DNA of 64,000 bases from assembly GCA_964016885.1 (NCBI GenBank), contig OZ024746.1:63674001-63738000 (forward strand), written 5' to 3'. The stretch is from Eledone cirrhosa. Its lineage: Eukaryota. The notes under the pieces were generated by a model. That model saw only the letters and a list, made by a program, of their open reading frames with translations, did not search any database and was not told the DNA's origin. Shown one piece after another: positions 13,601-27,100 of this stretch; the stretch's first letter is position 1, and the number at the start of each line of letters is the position of its first letter. The position numbers and the translations under genes were made by a program.

Positions 13601-16600
13601 GAGAACACTGGGAGGCACGATGATTGTTGCCATGGCAGTCTTGAAGAAGCACTGCGGACAGGTAAAAGAAAGGGCTGAGGAGGGGATGGTGGCCGACAGG
13701 GCAGTAATGCGGCATGGTGAGGCATGACGATGCAGTGGGTCGACGGCGTGCAGGGAAGGGAGAGGGCAGGGGTTGACAGATGCCTCATTATGCTACGGTA
13801 GTGGGACCACGGGAATGAAGAGAGCGCATGGAGGCTCGATGATCGCTTGAGAAGACTGGGCGCAATACAGGATGATGCGTGGCGGTATAGTCTTGATAGT
13901 CCTTATATAAGAAATGGAAGAATCAGCATAAAAAGTTTGCTGAATATGGTGAGCGTTAATTTAAAGAGACTTGCAGTGGATAATCCTGATAGATTGAACG
14001 TTTTTTGCATGGCGGGAGACGCGACAAATGGAAGCAAGAAGAATGGCGTTTTTCGGTTGCCGGATGGTGATGCTCAATGAAGTTGATAGATAACGGCATG
14101 CGCGAAGGGATGCTTTAAGGCTCTGTATGAAGAATTGGCTCCAGGGTAGAAGATATTGCGCCATTGATAATTAAACTATGAATAATTGTCTGCCCTAACT
14201 CTTAAAGGTCTTGTTTAACGCATGATTTATGAGTTTAAAAAAACTTTCTGAATTTTTGCAGCCTTGGAGTAACTCCTAATGGATCTATTATTGTGGTAAT
14301 AACAAATTTCATTGAAATCAGACGAATTCTGAAAATATCGATTTTTGGCTTCTGGGGGCCCAATTTTTCGAAAATTTGAAGTAGTCTATTCCAATCTACG
14401 GGTTGAGTTTTATATATGTGTCAAGTTTCATGAAAATCAGATGAACGGTGTAGCCTGCAAGTTCGGGACACCAAACAAACAAACAAACAACGCCCAACTT
14501 CACTTTATATATTAGATATATACACACACGCGCGTGATGGTTTTATTCCAACGTTGAGTTAAAGTTAGTTAAGAGAATTTCCAGTGACTTTTATAATGAT
14601 TTTAAAAGATTTTTTATTTGTTTAATTTTGATTTAACATAAGTAAAACCTGATGTAATTAAACTAAGGTTTTTAAAAAATATTGCTATTTAATCAAAACC
14701 AACACAGAAGTGTAAACTTCCATTCTAACTTTCTGTATGTGTACCTCATGAAGATGAGAATTTAGTTACTATCAGATTAAATTTATCAATACTTATCTGT
14801 AGAGTGTCAGACAAAATGCTTTGCAGCATATAGTTATATTCTTTTATGTTCTGAGCTCAAATGCCACTGAGATTAGCTTTGTCTTTCATCCTTATGTGAT
14901 CAATAAAATAAAGTACCAGTAATGCACTGGGCTTGATTTAATCAGTTTTTCCCTTTTCTTCAAATTGCTGGCATTATGTCAAAAGTAGAAATAATTTTCT
15001 ATTTTTTTATATTGCTTTCTGTAAATGTTTGTATTTAACTGACTGTATTGTTGGATAGTATTTTCCTTCTTAGACAAGTTGATACATTTCTTCAAACTGC
15101 ATAGCTAATGAAAATAGGTGCTATTTTGGTTGTGAAAGAATTGCTATGCAAACATCCAAATTTATATTTTATAAAGGTCTGTTGAATGTATAAATTTAGG
15201 TTTTGTAAAGGATCTTGTTTATGTTTCTCTTGATTATGTTATCTATTCATAATTTCAATATTTTGTAGGTTCCTCTTATACCAGATATACCTCCTCCAAG
15301 AGAAGAGCCTCCTGCTGAATCTGCATGGGAAAGGGGTCTACGTTATGCAAAAGAGGTTTGTTGATGTTTATACATTTTAAAATGATTTTCTAAGATGAAA
15401 ATATTATAAGCATTGTTACATCACTGAATACTTAATCTTGAAATTTATTTGTGTCACATTTTTGACAAATATATTGTTAGTTCTCTAAAATGCTTTTGAA
15501 TTCGATTCCTAGGTTATTAAAAAAAATTGCTTTTGTTCTATTAGTTTTGTGTTTTAAATATTAGAAACACATGCTATATAACAAACATTCAAAATATTGT
15601 TTACATTTTTTTTTTTGTTACTGTAAAGGGACTGTAAACATGTCTAGAATTTGCTTTATTATTTTTTTTTTATTGATTGAGGACAAAATTGCATTATTTT
15701 AAAATTTAGTTGATGAAGAAAGCTAGCCAGAGAAAAGAGCAAGAAACTAACTTTGAAGAAAAACGCTTGAACCTTGGTTTGGAAGAAGAAAGGGAGCAGA
15801 ATAAAGAAAATGAGCAGAAACGTATTATGAAAGATCCTTATTATGATTTGGAGTAAGTTAGAGATTTATCATGTTTAGTTGTCTGTTAATTAGTATGTAA
15901 TATTTGTTTAAATGTTGTGTAGCCAATAGATTTGACTCAGATGAAAGTCATATTTGAACATTATCTTCTTCAAATATATATTTAATAGATGATGATTGTT
16001 GTTTAATCTTGGTCAACCCTGATTAAACAGACCTATGATCAGTGGCATTCTTGCCATGACCATCCTGTCTTTTTGTATATGAAGGAACTACATTGTTCAT
16101 TGTGTCCTTTTTAAAGTGGTAGTGTTATTTAGTGAAATTAGGTTGGTATTTCTAGTAGGTTGAGTAACTGGATTGTACCTCCCTTACAGGCCTAGAGATA
16201 AATAGATAGTTATATATTAATGAGTGCACAGTAAACCATAAAGATCAAACTGTTTTATTGTACATAAAAGTAGGAATAATACGCATAAGTTACACAGAGT
16301 TATTAGAACAATGGATTAAATGTCTTGTGGTATTTGTTCCAACTCTCTGCACTCGAGTTCAAATCCTGTCATGGTCCCCTCTTCCTCATTCTTATTTTAA
16401 ACCTAGAAAAGATGTAATTTATTAAATGAAGACACTGGTGGACAATTTAAAAAGAATAAATTCTAAATAAATAAGATGTACCTGTTATGAAATGGAAGGA
16501 GGCTGAAAAGACTATGGGGTTGATGATGATGATCATCATCATCATTTTTTGTCCGCTTTTCCCTGCTTGCAAGGGTGGGACGGGAACTGATTCTGGCTTG

Positions 16601-18128
16601 ATTTCTACAGCTGGATGCCCTTCCTAACACCAACCTCATTCACAGTGAGTGCTGGGTGCTTTTTTTCCGTGGCACCTACATGTCCACTTTACAGTGTGGG
16701 CTGGGTGCTTTTTTGCCGTGGCACCTCCATGACCACTTTGCAGTAGAATGATAGGGAAACCAGTCCCTATCATCTCATTTTTACAGCTGAGTAAACTGGA
16801 CCAATGTGAAATAAAGTGTCTTGCTCAAGGAAACAACACATCACCCGGTCTAAGAATTGAACTCACAACCTTTTGATTGCAAGGCCAATGCTCTAACCAC
16901 TAAGCCATGTGCCTCCATGATGTTCATAATAAATATATCTAGAGTTCATTTTGTCATGACACTTCAAATTATCTCGGGTGATGATAGCTTCTCATGAACA
17001 AAGTTAGTTTCTTCATTGTTGGTCACAGATGTATTTTTCTTTCTCTCCCTCATTAGTGTTCCTGATGAGAATAATACCTGCTGTGTCCACACTGCTGATG
17101 TGTATACTACTACTACTACTACTACTACTACTGTCCATAGTTTGTATGGTGTCACTGTATTCTTTATTACAGACCTATCAAACCAATGCCAGCAATCAAA
17201 GTAGAAGTGAATCTACTCTTATCGTAGTAACCGACAAGTGAGAAACAACTCAATCTCAATGTTAAAGACAGAGTATTCTATAAAATAGATTTATTTATAT
17301 TCTTTCAACATGGCCACCTTGTCTGGTAATGTTTACACACTTTGCTGAAACATTGTGGCTAGCTTGTAAGAACGTAAATAAATCTATATATAATCGTGGA
17401 AGAGCGATAGCACTAACAGTTAAGATATTTTTAATATATAAGCATATGTTTGTAAACAACAATTTCTACTTAATCTAAGAGAGTGAAGCTGCATATTATG
17501 TAAGGTCTATTTAGTAACATGTTTGAATGGCTTTGAGTCAGTATAGTACAGCCAATAGTAGCATGGTAAATATAGTATGTTGTACTTTTCTTGATACAGA
17601 GACGAAGATGATTATTATAAAACACATGTTCATGGCTGGCAAACAGGGCAGTATGAAAACTTTGAAGTACGCTGGACAAGAGAACCTGAGCATATCAACA
17701 GTGCATATCATGGGGTAAGTTAATGATCTTAATGATCCGTTGATCAAATCTTAACTTTTTGAATGAAAAGTTCATTTCTCTGCCTGCTCATCTTTGATTT
17801 TTGTTGAATACTGAAGTTTTCTTATTTCCTGCAGAGTAGAGAACGGGAAAGAGAACGCCATCCTGCTCTTCTCCCTACCAGGGAAGTACAACGGCAACCA
17901 TATGGATCACCAGTAGAGCGATTAGATCGTATGGACAGACTAGATAGAGGAGAAAGAATTGAGCGTATGGAGAGAATGGAAAGAATAGAGAGGTATGTCA
18001 TTTAAATTAATTTTAATATTAAATTATAAAGATTGCCATGTTACTGGAGACTCATTGGATTTGTTTCTGTAATGTTCTTAATAATAACGAATGAAGACAA
18101 GGTGATCTCATCAGGTGTCATCTGCAGA

Positions 18129-18161
<33 letters not shown>

Positions 18162-21100
18162 CCACACACAATGGGGTTCTGCAGTTTCTGTCTACAAAAT
18201 TCCACTCAAAGCATTGATGAACCTAAGGCTATTGTAGAAGACATTTGCCCTGAACTACATGGAAGTGAACTCCCTAAACACAGCCTTGTCTACACATAAA
18301 TATATAATTTGTTGAATGTTGAAGATAAGCACACACAATGTGACAAAAAAAAAAAAAAAAAAAAATGCCACAATAATACTTGGATCTTGTCTAGTAAAAA
18401 TAGTTTTTTTAATGTTAGAATGTAAAGAAACATTGCCAGTGAGATGTGTCAACTGTTTCGACCAGCCTTTAATAAATGTTGATGTAAAATAATAATCTGG
18501 TGGAAATATGCTAAACTGCAAATATTGTTTGTTTCAGGTATGATGTAAATAAAAGACGAGATGAACGCAGAGAACCGAGAGATATGCGTGAGCCGAGAGA
18601 TGTTCGAGAACCAAGGGAGATGAGAGAGATTCCAAGCACTAGAGATGTTAGAATTGATAATAGAATTGATAACAGGATTGATAACCGAGTAGATGGACGC
18701 TGGAGGGATGATCGTCGAGGTGATGAACGCAATTCAGAAGACATGAACCCACAGAGACCCCGAGCTGATGAATGGAGAGATCCGTGGCGACGGTACTGTG
18801 TTTTTATCAACGTTCTTTTCTATGTTCTGTTGATTTAGTTTAATTTATGTCTAAGGTCTTTGGAAACTATCGGTAATTAACAATTCTTTGCTCATACAAA
18901 CCCAATAATTAACCCTTTGAATGGTTATATTATTATAATTAATTATTAGTAACAATGAAGGCATGTGGGATCACAATCATTGGGCCGTGAGTTACATTTC
19001 ATTGTGTCCTTGAGCAAGACACTTTATTTCATATTGCTTCAATCCATTCAGCTGGAAAAAATGAGTTGTGATGACACTGGAGCCAAGGTGTATTGGCCTT
19101 CCCGTCTCCATGACAACAAGGTTGTCATGGAGAGAGGGAAAGAGACTTGCATGAATGGGTGACTACAAAAAACACCTTGCCCAGGCTTGTGTCTCAGACA
19201 GGCAAACTCCTGATCACTTCATTAGTGACAAGAACAAAATTGAATTTTCTTGCTTATAATTCCATCTCCTGCAAACATATATTGTCATTTCATTTGCAAT
19301 GTTTTGGCTTCTGGCAAATCCTAAAACAATCAATGCATTGTATAGAATTATGAGTACTGCTTCATTACACAGTGAAATGCTTGTAGAAGATTTAAACATA
19401 TGACCCTTCATCTAGTATTTCAATACTGAATCTATTTGCCCATTTTGTTTGTAAGGTCATATAATCATAATATTTCTAGCTTAGATAGAAATAAACTTTT
19501 GCCTACCAATATGATTAATGATATAAGGTTGTGGTTTTCAGCTCAACTATTTTATATTGGTGGAAATTTATATTCTGTAATTTAGAAAAAAAAAAAAAAA
19601 ATTATTTATTCATGTTTGTTAAATTCTGTTTTGAAGGTCGAAATCACCAAAGAGTAAACGTCGCAATTCACCTTCTCGTAGCTGGTCCAGAGGCAGGCGA
19701 CGTACTCGTCGGTCATATAGTGTGTCTTCGTACTCTTCAAGGTAATAAATACCTTTGTACTATAAATTATCTTTTTCAATGTAATCTTCCCATTCTCATT
19801 TTTATATTTTTAGGAATTAGTTTGCATTATTTTATTTATTGGTGGTAATCGGTAGAGTGTCGGACAATATGGTTTGTGGCATATAGTTACAGCCCTTTAC
19901 GTTCGGAGTTCAAATCCCTGCGAGGTTAACTTTGCCTGCCATCCTTACTGGGTTGATAAAATAAGTACCACTAATATACTGGGGTCAATTTATTGACTTT
20001 CCCCCTTCCCTTCAAATTGCTGTCCTTGTGCCAAAAGTAGAAACAATTATTTTATTTATTTATTTAAAAAAAATTATATTTGAGGATGGTGAATTGGGGG
20101 GAATTGTTGGGGCATCATACAAAATGCTTTGGAGCATTTAGTCACTGCTCTGTGCATTTAGATCAACTCTGCATTTAGATCAACTCTGACATTCATCCTT
20201 TTAGGGTTGATAAAATAAAGTATCAGTCAAGTAGTGTGGTCAATATAATCAACTACCCTCTTATCCCCAAATTGCTGGCCTTGTGCCTAATTTAGAAACC
20301 ATTATATTTGATATTCTTGAGTATCAGAAAGAAATATATATATTCTAATGTATTATGATATATATTTCAAGAAGATTTTGCTCGCTCTCCTTGTATACTA
20401 TATTACAGTTTTTGTGTTAACTATTATCTGCCTTTTGCAATTCATATTCTAATTCATTCCGTTCCAGGTCCTCGTCATACTCTTCTTACACTAGTCGGTC
20501 ATCATACAGCCGGTCTTCATCATATAGTTCAAGGTGAGTCATTTTTCTCAAAATTACATTTAAGAAAAACAAGCATTATCAATAGGTTGTGAATTGGCAG
20601 TTTTTAGAACATAGGGCAAAATGCCTTGTGATATTTGGTCAAGCTCTCAGCTCAGATCCCACTGGGGGTCAGATTTTGCTTTCTTCTTTTCCGGATCAAT
20701 AAAATGAAGTATCAGTCTAGGGCAGTGGATTGTTGGAATTGCAAGAGATTTAGAAAAGTTGTCTTGTGGGATTAGTTCCAGTTTTTCGTGTTCTGATTTC
20801 AAATTCTACTGTAGCCAACATGAATGCTTCACTTAATTTACTACCTGGTTTAATACTAATACCTGCTCCTCAGGTACCTTCAGCCTTAATCTCTCACTTG
20901 GTTTAGCACTACCACCTGGTTTAAACACCATCACCTGCTCATAAAGGTATCTTCAGCCTTAATTTACGACCTGGTTTAACACCACCATCTGATTTAACAT
21001 GACCACATGCTCCTGAAGTATTTTCAGCCTTAATCTCTCATCTGATTTAGCACTACTACCCAGTTTAACACCACCATCTGTTGCTCATGAGGTATTTTCA

Positions 21101-24100
21101 GCCTTAATTTATCACCTGGATTAACACCATCACCTGTCAGGTCTCCTATTTCAAGATACCTTCCTCCCTGACCAAAACAATTAAACGAAAAAAAAAAAAA
21201 AAGATACTCAGTACGGTGTCACAATAGTCGTGAATGAATTAAATATGCTGGTTTACAGATATCACTGGGTGTAACTTAGTACAACCATTCTGTCATACTC
21301 CTAAACAAGGTACATAACTCTACTTGCTCCTTTCAATTTTTTCTGACTGGACACGGGTTTTAGCCCTAGTTCATGGTTGAGCAGTTAGTTATAGGAGGAA
21401 CACCTAAACTAAACATTACTGCACCCTTTCCCTCATCCATGCCCCTAACATAGAGGCTCATCAGGCCGGTACTTATCCTGGTTTCCTTGGTATTAAATGA
21501 CTGAGAGTACTAGACTTCCCTCTGGACAGGATGCCAGTCCATTGCAGGGTTAAATCCCCAGTTACTGCTGGTACTCATTTTTAGCTGAGTATATTGGAGC
21601 AACGTGAAGTGATATGTTTTGCTCAAGAATACAACAACCTGGTTCATGAATCGAACACACAACATTACAATCATAAGTCCAACACCCTAACTATTAAGCC
21701 ACAGGCCTTTTCTCATGCAAGTATTTTTTCAAATGGATATAAAACTGACTTGCTTCCTTTATACATTTTATACACATTATACTGGAGGCTGTGAAACACC
21801 TGGTATGATGTTCTGAAGAGTTTGGTCTACAGATCTATGATGTTATGATGTTCAACATCTTGGTTGCTCCACTTTATCGCATTGAATCATATGGGAAAGT
21901 GTGTTGGAAATTTATTGAACCCATGAGAGCATGGAAAACAAATTTCAAATTCATGATAATCTTCATTGTTGTAGATTGGTTGATGGCTGCTCTGTTTTTA
22001 ACTTGCATTGCTTTACTCTCTTCTGATGTTAATTTCAATTTTATACATCTAGTAGGCACCTCTTAACAACTGTACCCTCATCCATACACCTCCCACGCCT
22101 CAACACCCACCCACCCACTTCTGTTCACACCACGCTTACACAGTGAAGTTATGTTGGTATCACAAGTGTCACGACGAAAAGCATCCAGCCCACACTATAA
22201 AGTGGTTGTGTAGGTGTCACAACAAAAAGCACTCAACACACACTGTAAAGTGGTCGTGAAGGTGTCAAGACAAAAAGCACCCAGCCTACATTAAAGTGGT
22301 CGTGTAGGTGTCACGACAAAAAGCATCCAGCCCACACTGTAAAGTGGTCATGTAGGTGTCAAGACAAAAAGCACCCAGCCTACATTAAAGTGGTCGTGTA
22401 GGTGTCACAACAAAAAGCATCCAGCCCACACTATAAAGTGGTCGTGTAGGTGTCACAACAAAAAGCATCCAGCCTACACTGTAAAGTGGTCATGTAGGTG
22501 TCACGACAAAAAGCACCCAGCCTACATTAAAGTGGTCGTGTAGGTGTCATGACAAAAAGCACCCAGCACACACTGTAAATGTGGTTGGCATTAGGAAAGG
22601 CATACAACTGTAGAAACCTAGCCAGAAACAGTTCTATATGAGCAAGACACAGTCACCTGACATGACTTGCCTCTAATGGGATAAACCCATGCTAGAGTGA
22701 AAAATGGATGTTAAGCGAAACAAACTTATATTTTTACTATTAGCTCTTGTGTTGATTCTAATGTATAATATATAAAAGACTTAACATGAATTGATGCTAG
22801 GCGCAAACATGGCTGCATGGTTAAGATGTTTGCTTCACAACCATGTAGTTTCAAGTTCAATCCTGCTGTGTAGCTCCTTGGGTATCTGTTTTCTACTACA
22901 GATGTAGACTGACGACTGACTAGTAGTCAGTGAATTTACTATATTTGTGTGTCTGGGTATGTGTTCATCAGTGTGTCTGTTCACAACAGGCATCTTCATA
23001 TCAACAATGTTTAAAGTAGCGATGACATTTGTTTATGTCCTGCAGTGTTGTCGATGAAGATGAGCAGTATATGCTATACTTATAAAACAAAATATGGGTT
23101 GGCACCAGGAAGGGTATCCAACTGGAAAAAAATTACTTTAAAAAAATAGTACCATTGTAGAACCCATGGTACACTGGAAAAAAAAAAAACGATGATGATG
23201 GTTGTTTCTTAAAAAAAAAATTCTTATTAATGCTTTTTAGATTGATTCTAGAATTAGATTTTACAGGTGTAATAATTGTTTGATTTGCAATAAATCCCAT
23301 TTTCTCCATTTTTCCCAACAAATTTAGATCATCTGTATCTAGATCAAGGTCTCGAAGTATTCCTGCATCGGCTAAAAGACCAGTTCCACAAAAGTTACCT
23401 CCGTCTTCAAATACTGAAAAGAAAATGCTTCCCAAAGCCAGGTAAACAGATTCTTGATTCCAAAGAGGAAAAAAGAAAAAAAGATGTAACTTTTGAAAAT
23501 ATTATGTTGAAAATGTTTCTTATTGAACATAGAATATCCATTTGATAAAATTTATCAAATAATTTTTAGAATCTTTGAGGCAGAGGTGTTTGAGCTTATT
23601 CTGGCTCCTTATATTCCATATTAAAACCCTGCTGAGTTCAGATTGTGTTTTTTAATCCTTCTGGGAGATTGGATATCTTGCGATATCTGAGTTCAAATCT
23701 TGGCTGTCGCCTGCGTAGCTGGTAGATTTAATTTGTCATGTGATCTAACACCACTACCTGGCACCTAGAGTGCTTACAGTCGAGTCCTATCCGTTGCAGA
23801 CCATGTCTCCAGTTTGAGGATGCCTTCTTCCTTCTTTTCACCTGTCTCTGAGACCCTGAAAGATTCATAGGGGTTGTGCTGCCATTCCCTTTATGATGAA
23901 ACAGTGAAATAAAGAAGGAACAAAAGTTTTTGTTTTTAAGTATTAGTGTTTGTGGAAACCTTTTAAAACTGATTACTTCTATATTCATTTCTAAATTTGC
24001 AGTGAAGCACCAAAGAGTGCTGTGACTGTCAGATCTAAGATGCATGTAAGTCCAGAAAAACGAAAAATCCCTGGATCTCAGCCTACTGGGGGATTGTCTA

Positions 24101-27100
24101 CAAAAGCACCCTCTCTTATTGATAGGGGTCGAAGAAAAGAACGTGTGTCCCCACGGTAATTAATGAAATTTTTTGTGCTAAAGCCAAATGCATATATTTA
24201 ATTTTTTGTCAACATTTACTTTGAGAATTTTAAAACGTCAAACCACTCTTGATGGTTTATTTCACTTGTAATGAATTAACTATTTTGTTTTTATTAATTA
24301 CTTGAAATTTTTAACAAATATTACTTAGAGAATTTCGTATATATTCTGTTTATTATCCTGGTTAATATATTTGTATATTCCTTTTGATTTTTGTTTCCTG
24401 TAGAATCACTCGGAGCTGGAGTGGCAGTTCAAGTGGCAGTAGTTTATCACATTCACTGTTTGGATCTCGCTCTAGATCCCGTTCAAGATCCCGTTCACAA
24501 AGTCGGTCTTCATCATCATCTTTTTCATGGTCTCGCAGTGCTAGTAGCATTTCATCTCTTAGCAGTACAGGTTCATCAAGTTCTAGTGGAAGTGCTGATT
24601 CAGAGCATCTTTACCGTGATATTGCCAGTCCAGCAAGTTCTCGTGGCAAATCACCTTCACACAGACCTAAAGGTAAAACTTACAACTATAGAAAGAGACG
24701 ATGTATTCTAGATAGTTGGGTATTAATCAGAACAGCTCCGATTTATTATTTAAGGCATTTGTTTCCTCTTTTTAAAGCTAATGCTATATAATTCTCCTGT
24801 TTGTTAAGAGGATAAAAAATTTAACCATGTAATGTGTAATCAAATAAGCTTGTTAATGTCTCACATGTAAATTTATAAGTTAGCAGAACATACATGACTA
24901 ATACAGTTCATATACCAGAAACCCCCCCCAAAAATGTATGCATTTAGGTAAAGTCTCATTTTTTTCCTTAAACATATGTGAAAAACTAGCATGTGACTTA
25001 TCTACTGGACCTACAAAACTTCAATATGAAATCCATGACACATTTAAATGTTGTATATGAAATAGAGGTGCAACTTATACATGAATGAATAGATACAATA
25101 ATATTTTTATTTTTTATGCCGAAAATATTTTGTTCTAGATTCCAAAGTAATTATTTTCTTGTTTTATTCTCAGATAAAGAAAGAACCCGTCAAAAAATAG
25201 TTCGATGTAGTAAGCCATCAAATAGTCAAATCTCATCAAAACCACACACTGGCCTTCCAATGCCATCAAAAACTCAAAAGCCAGAAAGTAGGCAAGGTGG
25301 ACAACAGCAACAACCACCATCACAACAGCAACAACAGCAACAACAACAACAGCAGCAGCAGCAGCAACAGCAACAACCTCATCACCACCATCACCATCAC
25401 CACCACCATCATGCTGCAGCAGATACATCTGTTTCTTCTAGAACCTCTAGTACAGGGCCACCTAGTACTGCTTCTGCTTTACCCAGTAAAACTAAAGATC
25501 CATTAAAAATAGTTGGACAGAAATCTAATATTAAACTAACTCTCATCAGCAAGGTAATCTCCAGTTGCATTCCTTTAATATATATATATATATATATAAC
25601 TATACACACACACATAACATTTTGAAAATAGAAGCTTTAACTGTAAATTGACTATAGGAAATACTCTAATATTAGGGCATATGAACCACCATAATGGAAA
25701 TAAAATGGGCATTAGCATGCATGGGAATCAAACCCACAACTAGTATTTTCCTGATAAGTATGCTAACTGATTTCACTAGGTTTGTTGGTGAAATCAGTTA
25801 GCTTGCTTATTGCAAAAATAAGAAATGTGGGTTTGATTCCCTTGCACACTAGAGCAGTTTTGAAAATAAATATTATAGAACTTAAATTTGTATTTCTTTA
25901 ACTGTTACCTTCTATCATTGTAAAGAATATATTGTCAACTAAATGTACTTTTAATTCTCTTTTATTTTCTTTAGCCTTCTGAGAAGGAATCATCTGCCCA
26001 AAGTAGAAAGAGATCTGCAGATACTAGCATAACGCCTTCTGCCAAACGTCAAGCACTAACTGCATTATCTTCTAAGCCACCAGGTAATTTATTTTTTGCC
26101 TAAATCTCTAACAAAAAAAAAAAGGATTTCACCATCAATTTTGATTAGCCTGGCAGAACAAACATAATATGATGTCAGTGATAACTGTTTTATTCTCTTT
26201 TCTGAGTCTCTGCTAGAGAGACAAGAACAAAACATTGGTTTTGAAGTATAGTCATCATTTTATGTCTACTTTCTTGGTTGGTATGGGTTGTCATGGGCAC
26301 ATTTATTGTCACATGCTAGGCCAAACTGAAGATTCATCCCTAACTCTAAATGGAATACTTTACAATTTTATCAAATGAAAGGGGAAATGTGATAACTATA
26401 AGTGGTAATAAGGAAAAGAAAAATTAAAGAGAAATTAAGCAACAAAAGAAAGGGAAAGGGGAGGTAGTGACAGATTATACTTTGGTCTCAGTGGAATGTT
26501 TCAGCTGCGTCCTGTGGACAAAATGGTGAAGGCATTGCCGCTGAGAATGGCCAGTGATACCTGTTGCAGCAGTCATACCTGTTGCAGCAGTCATTCCACC
26601 TCATGGATCTCCTTCAGGTAGGCTGCTGCCTTTCTGATTTTATTGAGGAAAACAGCAGTTCGGGGACTTGGGACAGTTGTCTGGCACGAAAAAGAAGCGG
26701 GCTCAGTCAAGCCCTCATATTTGGTTATATCATCTTCTCTTTGACATTGTCTCCATTTGATTGCCAAACACTGTAACCTTCAGTTTCTCACCCTGTTTAC
26801 TTTTAGTGTTGCAGTGTTTTAAAATGTGGCCAGATCTTTATCTGTTTATTGATCCTTATGGTTATTATTTTCTTCATTATAATTTTATACTTTTAAAAAC
26901 CATCTTTCCCATTTCTTTTTTTAACAGAAAAACCAACAAAAGCTCAACTAAATAGAACAGAGAAATCAGATGTTCTACCACGAATTAAATCAGCCCCCAT
27001 ATTGCAAGCTTCCTCTATGCAGTCTAACTCAGTTCCCCCTGCCAAGACAAGTGCAAAACCTTTCTTACCTTCTATGAAACCTGGACTTACAAGAACTGGT

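Noticed and set aside
13075-13788. 237-aa and 191-aa Pro/His/Cys-rich ORFs
   Set aside because: Products of a GC-rich tandem repeat within a transposon; no domain motifs.
18440-18472. Minus-strand ggtc-GAAA-cagttg half hammerhead
   Set aside because: The CTGANGA half is missing.
22166-22580. CRISPR-like regularly repeated array
   Set aside because: No unique spacers and no cas genes; the units are tandem and derive from a LINE 3' UTR in eukaryotic DNA.
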